The position numbers and the translations under genes were made by a program. Of a DNA stretch of 64,000 bases, positions 41,939-55,513 are shown piece by piece. Below the pieces are notes generated by a model. That model saw only the letters and a list, made by a program, of their open reading frames with translations. It was not told the DNA's origin and did not search any database. Numbering within the stretch: the stretch's first letter is position 1; the number at the start of each line of letters is the position of its first letter. Origin of the DNA: Phoronis australis (Eukaryota > Animalia > Phoronida); assembly GCA_002633005.1 (NCBI GenBank), contig NMRA01000282.1:101858-165857 (forward strand). Reading direction: 5' to 3'.

Positions 41939-44900
41939 CGATGCTTCCCAATGTTGATGTTTCCTATATTCTATGCCCGTAGCCAGCTATTGCAACTAAG
42001 CGGGTACTAGAGGCTGACGACTATGCTCACATACAAGTCTACTCCCTACCTTTGGAGTGTTTCATAATAAGCGCTCACTGATCTACTAAGCGTTCCCCCT
42101 CAACTTTTGAGAATTTCCAATTAAGCGACCACAGTTCAGGCTAGCGCCCATCACAGTGTACTAAAAACGACCGCGCATGGTTTAAAATTGACACGCAGCC
42201 TGTATAGAGTGTCACTCTCATTTTACACAGCAAATTCAATCGTCTTTTCTCAATATGTAAAAGCCAAATCCCGACTTTGTTTCATACCTCCGAAAGAAAG
42301 TTAACACTAGTGACATGCGTGTCGTTTTGCGACTGACTTATTTTTCCCGCACTTGGAAGGTATTGGGTAGCAAACTCAAGTTAACCGATGGAAACCCGCA
42401 CGGAGTCGGGAATTATTTCAAAGCTATTCATTTCATGGAAAACTAATTGTTGAGTACGCAAACCGCATTAGTGTCACATTTTTGTTGTGAAATTTGCACT
42501 GAATTGTTCCCACGCATCCAAATACGTCATTCGGTTAGGGCACCGTTTCACAGATTTTTTTCGACAGATGTTTTTCAAACGTCGAGTTAAGTTGCAAAAT
42601 TAGGGCTGCAAACAAAAAGTGGAGGGAATTAGCACTCCCAGTTAGTTTGGATCTTTAACGACTTTGATGACATCCAGTAGCAGGTGAGACCTAACAAAAT
42701 TGTTTATACTTTTTCAACGGGCATTTTCTCCCTTTTCACATTGAAAACTTAGCTACTCAAATGCACGTTTCAGTTACAGAGCACTGATTCAACTTTCACG
42801 TCAACAACTTACCGTGCGCTCTAGAGCCTTTCAATGGCGGTCGTGATGAACAGTAACGCCCTACCTGCATGAACGAACTCAATTTTGCGATCTGCAATTT
42901 GTGAGTGTTCAACGCCACAGGTAAGAGCATATTATTAATCTAAACATTTCTCGATTATCTAAAAAGTCAATTTTGGCGAGTAAATATGTCGAGAAAATTT
43001 TGCGACCTGGCATTTATGAATGCGAGCTGGATTTTGAAAATGAAACCTGGAATATTGGCTAGATCGCAAATTACAACCTGGCGATTTTAATAGCGTCGAG
43101 CCCTGGTTTGATTCTGCCTTAGATGAGCCAGTAAGTGATCTTGGGCCCTGAGAGAGGAAATTCGGTTGTTATCAAGCATGTAAGAGCCCCATAATTTTCT
43201 GTTCAACTCAAATTTTATTTTTTAAAATAGCGTCTGCATACACTTCCAGTGTTCGCCATTTTTTCACTTGAAGTATTCCGTGTATTTCATTTTCAGCTCT
43301 TGCCAACTATGCGTTGTTTGTAGCAGGGTACAGTACTTTTGCAATGGCCCATATGGGTTTTTGTTAATTTGACGAATTCAGTTCCCATTTCGCGATCAGA
43401 GAATTTTGCTAGGACACATTCGTCGAGTTGGAAGTTGTGCTAAGCATCCAGCACCTGGACTATCATATGCCTTCCAACCCAATGATAGTTATTTCTCATC
43501 CTGTTTGTTTCCGGAAAACGGCATCCTATTTCAAACAGCCCCTCACCAAAGTTCGCCTTACAATCGTGACATGATAACGGGCACAAGCCAGGTTTACAAC
43601 ACAGGTTATACAGGTAATGTCATACAGTTAATATATCATCTAGCAGCAATTGTCATCATAATATGAGGGCCAACTTTTTTACTTTATGACAGATCTATGC
43701 TATGCTAATGTATGGTACATAACATTGCTACCTGTGATTAACATGATTGATTACAAACGCAATTACAATTATATCTCCATATTGTCACTTCATGCAATCA
43801 AAATAACTTACGGTGCAACTGCAGTCACCAACAGACACATTTTTCTCCCCCAGAAAAATAAAAAATCTCAAAAAATATTTCACACAGCAGACACAATACC
43901 AGTAGTCACTAAGCAATAAAAATCAGAAGCTGTTACTCAATGCACATACACAAAATCACATCCACAAATTTGCTACTGTACATCAATTTTTCCAACACCT
44001 ATAAATAATTCAGTTTACTCAAGGAAGGGTGTAGTTTTTAATGAGACTGACTTTACGTCATATTTTATCTGGTCATCAGCCCAAAGTTGCATATTTAGTA
44101 TACAGCTTTGTACCAAGGCTAGGGTGACAAAAGCTGGAGAGTTACGCGAGAAAATGACGTCTGCTGCATTGTATTGTTTTCACTTAAGCGGCTGTAACGG
44201 GCTAGGTGAGTGATCGGTTTACTCCCAGATTTTGAATGCACCCCGGTCTTTAGCTCTACATGTTGATACAGGTTTCATGGCGAGGTGACGAGCAGAACTA
44301 CCGAGGCTGTGTACAATGTCGGGGTCTATGGAAGAGTAACACACAGTGGTACCTAGCTGTATTTTGACGATAGTCTACAGCTGGGTGGCTGGGTGACGAG
44401 ATTCTAATCTAAATCGACTGATTATCGACACCATAAAAAGAGTTTCTAAGTAGCACAGAGATTACCAATGAGTCAGTATACTAACCGTTTACACGGCCTA
44501 TAGAACCAACAAAACAACCGAAGATGAATAAAAATATGTAACGGGGCATCCTGGCCCTTGAGCACATCATGAAATATTTACACTGCACCAAACATCTTCC
44601 ATTATGGATCTATTTATTCACATTCACCTACGCGACAACACTTCCATTTTCCTCTAACACTAAGTTTTTGACAGGTGTTGATATATTGTCAATACCATGT
44701 AAACTATTTTGTAAAGTCGATTTCATTTGGATTAAATGCTACATTGTTAGGGTCGATAAAGAAAAGTTTGAAGTACTCATTACTGTCGCACATTTGCATT
44801 TGACTGCTAATCGGTTTCGTCTGGACATGACGTCACACTGAATAGTTACATATAAGCTCAATAGATGTCCCATGTATCACGGTGGTGAATCAAAAGAAGG

Positions 44901-46950
44901 TGCGGTTCCAGTTTACAGGCCCGTTGGAAGGAACAAGTATTTGGGGATTTCCCACTTTATATCGAGTGACATGTAATTTCCATAAATTACGAAAAAGAGC
45001 GACAGATGATTCTGTTATCCCTTGCTCGAGAGCAGACACTCAGTGAGAAACGCACCATGCGGGGTAAAAGTTTTTTTAGTGCGTTTAGATGATCTGCTAC
45101 AGCAAAAACTGCAATCTTCCCTAATAACAAAATCATGTCACGGCGATGGTCATTGCCCCCAAGGATAAATTCAGAACTAGTAATTAACCAAAGTTGTCTT
45201 AAATTTTCTCTCTTCTACAAGTTTCGCTGTGTCTTTCTTTTCTAGGCTTCCCGCCCCTGCCCGGCCTGGTTTTTCCAATCTCCGGCAATAACGGTTTCAC
45301 CCTGTCGCCTGGGAATAAAAGCCGCACCTTCGAGTAAAAGCAGGTATTTCTGCGATTAACTTTTCTCCACATGGCCAAAGTCCGCACGGTTCTTTTGAAT
45401 TTATCTGTACATTATAAGTACTTGTCATCTCGAGGCCTTCAATTTACTCGGCCATTTGTCAGTGACCGTAACGCGACGAAATTCTTCGTAGGCCTCGGCA
45501 ACTGCTCATTTCAGGAACTAAAATGACACAAATTTGCAGCTTGGCAATCGAAATTGATATTTTTGTCTGTATTGATGTCGGACACCATTTTTTCTGTTTT
45601 ATTATTTTTTATTTATTTCTTTTATTGTTCTTTTGTTATCAGGATTTTAATGTTTGCAGTTTCAAAGTTACAACCCTGAAACCGTTCGCAGGCACCAGCG
45701 CTCGGCTGGAATGCATCACTGGTCCGCTTTATCAGTTAAATATCATAACGCCGGTATTGTAACCGCGGCTAAAACGGTGGTAAGCACTTTACGTAAAGTT
45801 GATATTTTTTCAAACTGATACTTCGCAATCGCGCTCATGAGCCCTTTTTACGACGGTCTTAGCTTAGAAAAGACATGCAACCTTTCAAAACGAGCCTTAT
45901 CGACTTATTTCTCTAAAATGTGGTAACATAACATTTTTACACATTGTCGAAACTCAGTGAAGCCAAGCCGTCCAGTTTTAAGTTTTCGCGTAAGTCTTTG
46001 TTTAGAGTCTGCGGAAAAAGCGTCGTAAGATTAAAATATTTCAGTGAAACAAGCCCCCTAATTCAAAAACGTTTGACACGCATACATTTTTAATTTGAAA
46101 ATTTGTTTGAAAGGAACCCCAAACCACGTACACCCGTACGCTCCCCTAAGGCCTGTCAGACATCTGAGAGCTTGCCTCCGCGGTTAACGCCTGCCGTGGC
46201 AACCGCGGGCAGCGCGAGCCCGAAATTGGAGACGTTTGGGAAAAAGTACGGTGGTGGCCTGGGCTGGTTTGGAAATACGGTGGCGACCGGGCTTGGCAAA
46301 TTTTGACAAAGTCGAATAATTTTTAAAAAGAAACGGGAATTGTCGGTTTGAAGGTTTCCATGCAAATCCACTCCGCTTACTAAATCAGGTTTTTGTTCAC
46401 TAAAATCGTTGAAGCAAAACAATACCCTGAAAACCACAAGATAGAGGTCGTTCGCTTACACTTTGCAACTTACTGGAATTGTACAAATAAAATTTTGTAC
46501 AACTGATATACATCTAATAGTTTACCAATATTTTGTACGGCGTGTCCTACTTTGGTCTTACTTGTACTGCATGTTTCGCTGTTTCGCTGAGTATTCGTTC
46601 ATCGCTTGTTCAATTTGTAATTAGAGAGACCTTGCCCCAGAGCAGCAGTCTTAGACTGAGCCGATCACTGGCTCGAAATGTATTCAATGGATAAAAAATA
46701 CTACTAAATTTTTGTGAGGCTAGTCAGTTCTCAATTTAAAGAGTTCTCTTGAGAGCTCCATATGAATTTGTTCCAAATAAGAAACGCTACTAACGTTTTG
46801 GTAGCGAAAACTCTTGCTGCAATTTAACGCAGTTTCTAGTACGAGATTTTCAAGGCAAATCTTTCGTTTTCCTTCCTTTACCAAGCTGTTTGGGTACAAC
46901 AACAGTTCCAACATTGGGTGTAACAGAAATAGCCATGCTCAATTTAGTCG

Positions 46951-46987
46951 CTTTTTCTTCTTCTTCTTCTTCTTCTTCTTTTTCTTC
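46951..46987. repeat. (TTC)n microsatellite
   Basis: ctttttcttcttcttcttcttcttcttctttttcttc. Confidence 0.9.
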
Positions 46988-47029
46988 CGGTTTTAGCAAA
47001 CGATCGAAATATCGATCCTTATATTTTGG

Positions 47030-47490
47030 CGCATATTAGTGATAAAGTGAACTGTCCATCACTGTGAAAATAACAGCAAAACAAAGTGCGTCTTAGTGCC
47101 AGGATAGAACAAGTTTTATTGTTTACTGAGTAAGGTTGGTGTTCGAGATGTGACCTGTGAACATGGCATGTTGTGTGGAAGTCTATTCCAGCGTAATTGA
47201 ATAGTATATGGGAAGAAAGAGTTTGTGTAATATGCGGTGCTAATGTATGTTCTCTCAAAGATATGAGAGTGGGAATTACGTGACATAGAAATGTGTACGG
47301 GGGTGACAGGTGTGGGTGGTTGTGTAGGGTCTTGTACGTGAGAGACAGTTTGCTTTGAGCACGTCTTTCGTGAAGAGTGCACCATTTGAGAGTGGTGAGC
47401 ATTGACGTAACAGAAAAGTATGTGGAGTGGTCATTTCTAAAGGACGAACCTGGCTGCTCTACGCTGTATTCTAGTGGCTTGAATATTCGG
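47030..47490 (-). mobile_element. 5'-truncated LINE (CR1/L2-clade-like) RT C-terminal remnant
   Basis: Frameshifted ...SVTSMLTTLKWCTLHERRAQSKLSLTYK...YYTNSFFPYTIQLRWNRLP, the typical LINE ORF2 tail (SFFPRT...WNxLP). Confidence 0.8.
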
Positions 47491-47587
47491 TACCTGGAAC
47501 ATAATTAACAAATATTTTCTAAGAATCACGACATGGACGACATCTTTATGTAGTTAGGTTAAGACTGAAATACAGCTTATAGCATTT

Positions 47588-47872
47588 CTACACCGGTGAA
47601 GCGATGGATGACTGTATAACGAATTGTCTCTCAGGTTCATCGTCTCCGTAGTCCGTGCTTGAGTCGTCTCCACCGTACAAACTGCGGCGTCTTTTTCGTT
47701 GCTTTTCCGCCAAAACCTTCTCAAGCGCATGCTCGTCTGCTACTGATATTCGCATGGATGGTTTCGTCAACGGACTATGCAGGTGCGCCATCCTTCGCTT
47801 TTCATTAACGCAGCGAACATCCTCAATGAACTCCCGGCTGTCGGCTAAAACTTGCATTGCCGGTTTGATTTT
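47588..47872 (-). CDS. Candidate terminal exon of an unidentified gene (KIKPAMQVLAD...KQRKRRRSLYGGDDSS...SPV*)
   Basis: 95 codons including the stop, protein-like charged composition, NLS-like RKRRR, cttgtag acceptor in phase 0. No recognised homology. Confidence 0.4.
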   Translation of the reverse strand, partial: KIKPAMQVLADSREFIEDVRCVNEKRRMAHLHSPLTKPSMRISVADEHALEKVLAEKQRKRRRSLYGGDDSSTDYGDDEPERQFVIQSSIASPV

Positions 47873-48100
47873 CTACAAGTGCATTGCCGAACGTTAACAT
47901 ATCTCAACAAAAACAGCGTTAATACTAAAAGCGACGATCCTAAACCCGTCTTAAAACCACCAGTACCGCTATAAAATCAGTCTCAACGTGTTCCCTGCAT
48001 GGATGAAAAGTGGCTATTGGTCTGGTAAGTGAAGAGAGCATACTCGGCGAACAAACTGACACGTCGTCACACCTATGTCAACTTGTGGAGCCTGCCTCAG

Positions 48101-48250
48101 TCCCGTTCAGTAACGCTAGGACCTCGCTAAAAAGCAAGACTTCGCGAGATTACGTGAGATATTGCCGTGTATTTTAAATAAGTACACGTGACTTTAACTA
48201 GGTTTTAGCTAGGTTCTAGCGTCCTAACGGCTACTGAACGCACGCCTGGT
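48101..48250. mobile_element. ~150 bp MITE, copy 1
   Basis: cgttcagtaacgctag...tactgaacg; second copy at 59017-59171. Confidence 0.75.
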
Positions 48251-48429
48251 CACAAACAACAAAGAACGGTCAGTTCTTCCCAAGTCCATAAATCACACAT
48301 ATTTTGAGTAAGGAACAATATGAGACAATTTCATTGCTACAAGAAGTCTAAATGAAAATTTTTAAACTGAGCCACTTAACAATCTCAGGTCACCCTTACA
48401 AAAACAACAGCTCACGGACCTCAAATTCA

Positions 48430-48720
48430 GTTCTCACTCACGAACACGGTTCACCGACCGCCAAACTCAGTTCACTGGTAGGCAAACACGGTGCCAGGTT
48501 AAAAATCACGACTAATTCACCCAAAAAACTCATGCCTGTTCTCACAAATTACGGCTCACCGATTCCGGTCTTTACCGGTGAGTGACCCGTGTTAGCAAGT
48601 TGGGAACTGTTTTGGGTTAGTAAGCCGTGTTTTGCGAGTTCGGCACCGTGTTTGGAGATCGAAGAGCCATTTGTGAGTGGGCGAATTGGGTTCAATCTGG
48701 TCACCGTGTTTACGAGAGAG
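48430..48720. mobile_element. Imperfect foldback element
   Basis: caaacacggtgcc (48483) is the reverse complement of ggcaccgtgtttg (48642); outer pair aacacggttcacc/ggtcaccgtgtt. Confidence 0.55.
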
Positions 48721-51040
48721 GGAACTATGTTTATGACTGCGGCAGTCGTATAAAAGACTAAAATATAGGCGCATGAAGAAAAGCCGGGGAGCAGTTGGGC
48801 AGGAGGATGTGGCACACCTCTTCCCCAGCTAAGATGAGGCGCTCACATATGTACCACCCCCCTAAAGAAAATCTTTTTACACCAATGTATCATCACCACT
48901 CTACAACAGCAGAAACGACAGTAGATCGGCAGTAGATTATCGACAGGCCGGCCGAAGTAAAATATTTCTAGTGGTGTACAGCAACACTAACATTTTTAGT
49001 TTGTTTAAAGGTTTTGGTATTATTGTTGGACAAGATGGCTTCTTGTAGTATTTTTAGATTTGACGACATCTATAACACAACAAAATCAGTTGTGTTTTTG
49101 TGGATGATTTTATTAGAAGTTGACGAGTCAAGACGTTTACTGCCAGTCGTTCGGAAGACTTAAGGGGGCTATAAACCCTCGTTCTGTCCAAGACTACTGA
49201 ATTGAACTTTTGATTAAGACCACGTATTTGGTCTCAGCTTGTTCCTAACTCAGGTGGGAAGTGATTCACTGGGATTCGTACAGAACACGACAATTCCTTA
49301 TTCCTTGAGACCATGCTGCTAAGTAGTCTGAATCAAAAGCTGATTTTTGTGGTGGAAGGTAGGTTCATTGTGATACCACTTTAATTGAAATCGGGGGTGG
49401 TGAGCTCATCCGTTAAATACCGTATTGCCCCGCCATTAAGCCCATGGGCGACTGTGCGAAACTGCGCTTGTATGTGAGACTTACGCGCCAACATACAAAT
49501 CGCTTGGTAAAAAATGTCGCGAAAAAAGATATTAATTCGAATACAGGTCCATGGGCCAAAATGCGCGGCAAACGGTAATGCAAAACTATTTACCAATTTT
49601 CTTGAAAATACGACAAGGAACTCCTAATATACAGAGGCTAACGTAAAAAGTTGCTAGTATGAGGCACAGCGATACTCAAAACGAGTGCGCCTGTACGCAA
49701 ATAAATGTATGGGCCTATGCATGGAACATTACCTGGGCTTATACATGCAATTTAGAAATGAACCATTCAATAACATTAAAAGTTCCTCGGAAACTTAGGA
49801 ATGAAACAATCCGTCCTGCAATATAACATTTGACGCATTAACCAACAGTTGTCCAGCGGTGTGCAGTTTTAGCTTCGATAAATTTCTTAGTTTTCTAGGT
49901 CTATTTTTCGTTTCATGACTTCAAGAATGGAAATGGTGATAAGAATACTTCCTCCGTTGATCACGACACGAGAAAATAACGAAGGCAAATGTAATTTGTG
50001 GAGTGGTTGATCGCGAAACTTGAGGTAAGGACTGTATCGCGAAAAAGGAATGTACGCTAACAGCAAGAGATTCGAGAAACGCTGCGAGCAGATGATTGTG
50101 TCAGTAAAAACACGAACTCGATATTAGGTCGCAATTTCCTGTAGAAATCTTATTTCTCAGAGTAAATACGTTGTATGCATTCATAACAAAATGTTTTCAT
50201 TTGATTTGGATTAGAGTTTTGCTCGATTTTGTTGGGGCGTTAAGTATGCAAGTGGCCTAGCTAGTTCTGATGATCCAGATTAAAAGTAGCAATCTGATCA
50301 CCGGAATTTTCATCGGTAAATCTTTGGTGAATTTTTTTAGAGCTGTAAAACTGCTTTATCAGGAACGACTCATGAATGAATGTTTTAGGAAGCTCAAATG
50401 AACAAGCCCAATCAAATTTGCAGTCGTACACACGCATTTACTCCACCAACAAACTGTACACCAACCATGGAATTACGGGTTCACTCTACTTAGCGTTTTC
50501 CATGCCGTGTCCCATGACCGTGATCACACACATAATAGAAAAACGCCAGGCCTGCGATCCGGAGACCCGAGAAACTCAAACAAACACGAGAATGCGGGAG
50601 ACGTCGCGAGATATCTCCATACATGAGAAGTAAATTCAAGCGTCTACAATGGGCGGCGTACCATACTATATTTGTATAGCTTAGCTCAAAGTTTGAAGCT
50701 GATCTGTTTACGATGTTGTAAGAACCTTAGTTCGCATCACAGATAGGCTAAATACGGTGTCAATTACCGTCTCACTTTTGTACGATCCAAAAGAAAGCAA
50801 TGGCGTTGGATTGTTTTTGAATGAACGCGCTGATCTATATGTCATATCAAGGAGTCTTCTCGTCAAAGCGAACTTTTTTTTTAATTGCAGGCGGTCTGAT
50901 ACACGTACCAGACGTGCGCAGGTCTCGTATGTGGGCCCATTGTACTGGTCACCTGGAAATATTTTTATGCTTTATTAATATATGTTTAAAACCGAGCTGA
51001 GGAGCTAGAAACCTGGCTCAAGGGTTTACCAGTGTGACCT

Positions 51041-51101
51041 GGTGGGACATGAACCCACGACCTCGAGTAAAGAAAGCGGGCACATATCAACCAGGCCACA
51101 C
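51041..51101 (-). mobile_element. tRNA-derived SINE head (degenerate)
   Basis: Minus strand gtgtggcctggttg (A-box-like)...gtgggttcatgtccc (B-box-like); no valid cloverleaf. Confidence 0.5.
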
Positions 51102-51789
51102 TGCCTTCTCACAAGCAAACTTACCCGACGTCCCGCTTTTTGGCTCAGAAAAGTCATCGCCAAATCCCCTCCTTTTCCTTTCGCATCTCGAATGCTTTCC
51201 TCCTGTTTTGCATTTTTCTTGGAAATCTGTAGTCAGAGTATATCTGTATTATTCCAATGAAGAGATAAAGCTAACAATGCATTTGGCTATCCGAAATTAT
51301 TCGACAGAAGCCAAACGTGATAAGGAGCTTGGCGATTGTGGAGTTTTTTTAATCGTCTCGTTGCCCATATTGGATGTTTGATGGCAGTTGCTGCCTGAAG
51401 ACTGCGTTCAACGAATCGGTCTAACAATTCTTGTACTTTCTGCAACGCGAACTTGTTAGTTGCCAATCTAATGTTAGTCATGACAACCAGCTGAATGCGA
51501 CAATTTTGTTAACGACAACGGGTTCAAGGGCTCGTCCTGCATTTTTTTCTGCGTAATCTAGAACCCAGTGGCGGATCTAGGATATCACAAGGGGGGCCCA
51601 ACATTTTGCCCGGCTGTAAGCATTTGCACCCCCCACGATTGTAAATGCGTATAGCACCGAAAGGGGTGAGGTCGCCCAGGAAATTTTTCTGTTTTTTCCT
51701 CTAAAAGTCATTTTCCTTGATTCCTGAAGTATGATCCAAGAAAAAAAGGCAAACAAACACGGATAACGTGTCAAACAGGAAAAACTGCA

Positions 51790-51853
51790 AGTACCACAGA
51801 CTCGAACTCACGACCTGGCGGATAGAGCGCGAGTGCTTTACCACTACACCACC
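51790..51853 (-). mobile_element. tRNA-derived SINE head
   Basis: Minus strand ggtggtgtagtggtaaagcac (A box)...gtgagttcgagtc (B box); the acceptor stem is not complementary. Confidence 0.55.
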
Positions 51854-52788
51854 ACCATTTAATTACTAATCTTATACTAAGCTAAGAGACCTAGGCCCAC
51901 TTGTTTATGGTCCACAGCGTTTGCGAGCGAAACCTACTTCTTTTTGTAATGCTTATTACTCGTTTTATATTTTGTGAAATCGGTTCTTAACAAATTTGTT
52001 GTATTTAAAATAGTCTTCAAATGTCCAAAAGACCAAATCCGTTTTTCGTGTTGACAATAATGACGGGATTGCTTTGGAAATCGTCTTAAGTTAAAGTTTG
52101 ACAAAAAGAGAATTATGAGTTTCTGAGTGATTCACTTAGGCTTCGATTAATATTCATATCTTACCAGCAGCTTCTGTTTTTTCATCGTCACTCAGGTTCC
52201 ATTTTCTTTAAAAAATGAAGTAAATTTTCTTCATTGCACAGTGGAGCAGACGACGGAAACGGAGTCGTAGTGCGCAGCGCTACTGCCGGTCGCCTGGGAT
52301 ATCGCGGGAGAGCCTATACNCCCCCTAAATCCACCTATGGTACCACAATATTAGTGCCACCACTTTAAAAGCTATATAATCGAATTGAGCCTTGCAGTCT
52401 CTTAAAATTGTCCTCATTACATTCCTTACCTTAATAGGGCTCTATATCCGTTACCAACAGCGACTTAAGAAGACGCTTCTGAGTTTATTGTAGTTGGCCA
52501 ATGCTGAGATTGCGTATTCGAAAATTGCATCTGTTTGCATTGCTTGCTACTTGACTTGTCGGTTCATTGTATATGGATTCAGCATCGTATGAGAGTGGTA
52601 ACGTTATAAAACCCCAAAACGCTTCGGTTATTAATTCAACATTGACAGCTAAACAGGGGCGAAATGCAGCCTCAATATATTGCCAGATTTAGTTGTTAAA
52701 AAATGAATGAATGATTATTTTTGTTATATGTCTCGTGACAGTGATGAACCCACTGTTTAAGGTAGTAACTGCGCGAAGTTAGGCCTAC

Positions 52789-52961
52789 CTGGTGTCCACT
52801 GCCTTGAAAAGATGAGTACGAGTCTTGCTTGGTCCTAATGGTTGACTTGGATGCAAATATGTCAGAAATATTTTTATTGAGATTTGGTAGCAATGGATCG
52901 ACGAAATCTTCTCGTACTGGAATGAATCTCGAGCGGCCATGCCGCTCCAACTCGTCGATTT
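52789..52961 (-). CDS. Candidate internal exon of an unidentified gene (xIDELERHGRSRFIPVREDFVDPLLPNL...SFQGSGHQ)
   Basis: cttcggcag acceptor, CAG|gtaggc donor, open frame, phase 1-0. A second frame is also open and no homology was recognised. Confidence 0.3.
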
Positions 52962-53883
52962 CTGCCGAAGTAATGAGAATGGGTGAGTAAAAATATTTGT
53001 TGTGAAGCGTGACTTCCGGTTGTCACGACACGTACAGTCAGCCTCTCTATGCCGCTTGCCAAGTGGCAATTGCCTCTTGGCCGAATGGTTTAGATGCTTG
53101 ACTGTCGCTCGTTCAAGTCTCGGTCATTACGAAATTCTCTACATATTGATATTCCGAAACATCGATATACTTTACCCTAGTCGTAAAGGTAACAGCATTT
53201 GGTTTTGCATGGATCAACTGTTGTTCCAGTGTTCTGGTCGTAACGTAATGCAAATTGGAGTTGGTAAACCTTTTAACAGTGACTTATGTTCACGAAGGCC
53301 TATTTGAACTGAATTTCGTTAACGAGCGTGACAACTATCGAAGACGGCGTTGTTCTCGCTGACGCGATGGAAGAGTACATAAACACTTACTCATACTTGT
53401 AATTATCAAATGAGAATATGAACGGGAAACGTTTTTGGTTTTCTGAATAGTTTTGCCCCTCGGAGATCACAAACAAAATGGCGTTCCAACAGCACACCCC
53501 TGTTCGCTTATTTTTATTTATTGTTGTTTGATTGACTGTAAATTTTATCAAAAAGTTCGTTTCTTATACCTTTCATACATTTTGTAATGCTTGGCCCCAT
53601 ATCTCGAATACCCCATTCCGGGCATTCCCACTTTTTATACAAGTGGTGACGTCAGAGATCTTTGTCGTCAGCATTTGCTCAAAACATGACACCACCGACA
53701 GTGGTCAGATAAATTGTTTGGCGCTGAATTATGGAGAAGTGGCAGGAACCACTAATGGGTGCTATTCAATGACGCTGACGTCCTTCTGGTTTAACAAATC
53801 ACGTGCCATCACGAAATCTTTCTAGTGCCTCGTGAGTAAGCTTGAGCGAATATTTAGCAGCAGACCAAACACTAACCAAGCCG

Positions 53884-54525
53884 AGAGGAGGCAGCACAGA
53901 CGGGTACCTTTCTCAGAGACCGTAGAGAGGGAGACGTTTCACCTAGCGAAATCCTATTGGACGCTCACTGGCGGCCATTGTTGTTTCACGGACCGTAGAG
54001 ACCTCTAGCGGGTGTGTGTACGAAAAAAGGAATATGGCAGATACTCGTGGTCAGTGGTCACAGAGACAAGATATTTTATCTGATCATGTAGTTCATATAT
54101 ATTTCCCATAGTTGATACTCCTGAGGGTAGCGCTATGTCAAGTAACTTCAAAACAAGATATGGCGGCTGTAGTTCCTAAAAAGAGGATCAGAGGAGCTTT
54201 TTGCGCTGCAGCAACGGTCAGTTGAAAAATCGGGACTTGCACTTCTCCCCAATGATAAAGGCAGGTGAAATATACGAGGGATACAAAGAATTCTTTTTGT
54301 GAAAATGCTTCCAGTCAACCATTGATGTTGGCAGAGTGATTTGAACTTGGTTTTCAAATGAATTTTGAGTGAGGGACCCACCTATCAAACTATAACCGAA
54401 ATTGTCCTGCATGTGCTTCATGACTTAGGGCGTACTCTTTCTATTCTATGATTGGATCTAAGCTGTAATTTCGTTCATTTCTTCAATTCACTTCAGTGTT
54501 TATACATTCAGATCCAAGAGATAGG
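53884..54525. repeat. Diverged dispersed repeat, copy 1
   Basis: Co-linear blocks (cagagacc...cacctagcgaaatcc...accgtagagac...gtgatttgaactt...tacattcagatc) shared with 55514-56010. Its first ~35 bp also match 60879-60912. Confidence 0.7.
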
Positions 54526-55513
54526 TGATAAACAGCAAATTTGAGGACCTGCTAAGGAGAAATGCTGTGATGTTAACTTAGCCCAGTAGCCTAGTATGGG
54601 TTTAGGTCTTTACTGTGATGGGCCTTCATTGTACTTTGAAGGACCTATAGTCCGAAGGGTCATTACTTCAATCAGGCGTTATTCCAAAGCAACATTACTC
54701 CGAAGGGTGATTACTTAGCTGCATTAACGGGAAAGAGTGAGTGACGCTGCGTAGACAATATTGCTGATGCCACATATTTTCCTGCATGTTGTGTTTGTTA
54801 TAATGTAAATGATACTTTTCCAGCCAATAGATCACAGCTACGCCACGAGTGAGCCCAGTGAAACACCCCCATCTGCTAAGCACCATAAAGTGCTGCTTTA
54901 GTAAAGCTCTTAGATAAAATAATAGGACGTAATTGATAATGACCACAATTTCATCCTCCATGACTGATGGTTTTGTTATACCTATTGCATTGCTACCTGA
55001 AGCTCACCTCTCTACTTACTGTAGTTATAAAAAAGCAGACTCTATTGTTATATCTATTGTATTGCTACCTGAAGCTAACCTCTCTACTTACTATAGTTAT
55101 AAAAAGCGGACTCTATTGTTTTTGATTTCATGACTTGGATGTATACTTTTATTGACCTGAAATGGTATTTTAAGTACTTGTTTGGTTTAACACACTTGGG
55201 GTTTTTAAAGCCCTTTGATTAAAAATATGCCGAAAATCAGAGGATGGGTCTTGAGCCAGGCTGTTTGTTAAAAATGTGAGTGTGAACAAGTAGACAATTG
55301 TAGGCAGTTAATATGTGTAGATACCTTAAATGTATTTTTGTATTCATTCATTTCAGCAAGTTGTTGACTTGCATGAGAAAGTAAGTCAAGCGGGGATGCC
55401 GAAAAGTCTGCCCCCAGCGGTCCCTACTGTGCCTATGACTGTAGAGGGAATTGTCAGTGGTGCTGTCGGATTAGGCATGGCGCCAGTAACTGCAGCATCT
55501 TTGGTGCTACCAT

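Noticed and set aside
41424-42010. Cluster of overlapping 60-175 aa ORFs
   Set aside because: They centre on a GC-rich MITE (41698-41938) and show no homology.
44730-44840. Minus-strand LAVKCKCATVMSTSNFS, reminiscent of a receptor ectodomain start
   Set aside because: Lacks the TCxTDGxC motif and ends in a stop before any donor.
50994-51020. CTGAGGA-gcta-GAAA hammerhead-like cores
   Set aside because: No stem II can form and the cleavage-site geometry is wrong.
51790-51853. tRNA gene candidate
   Set aside because: A and B boxes are present but acceptor and anticodon stems do not pair; called a SINE head instead.
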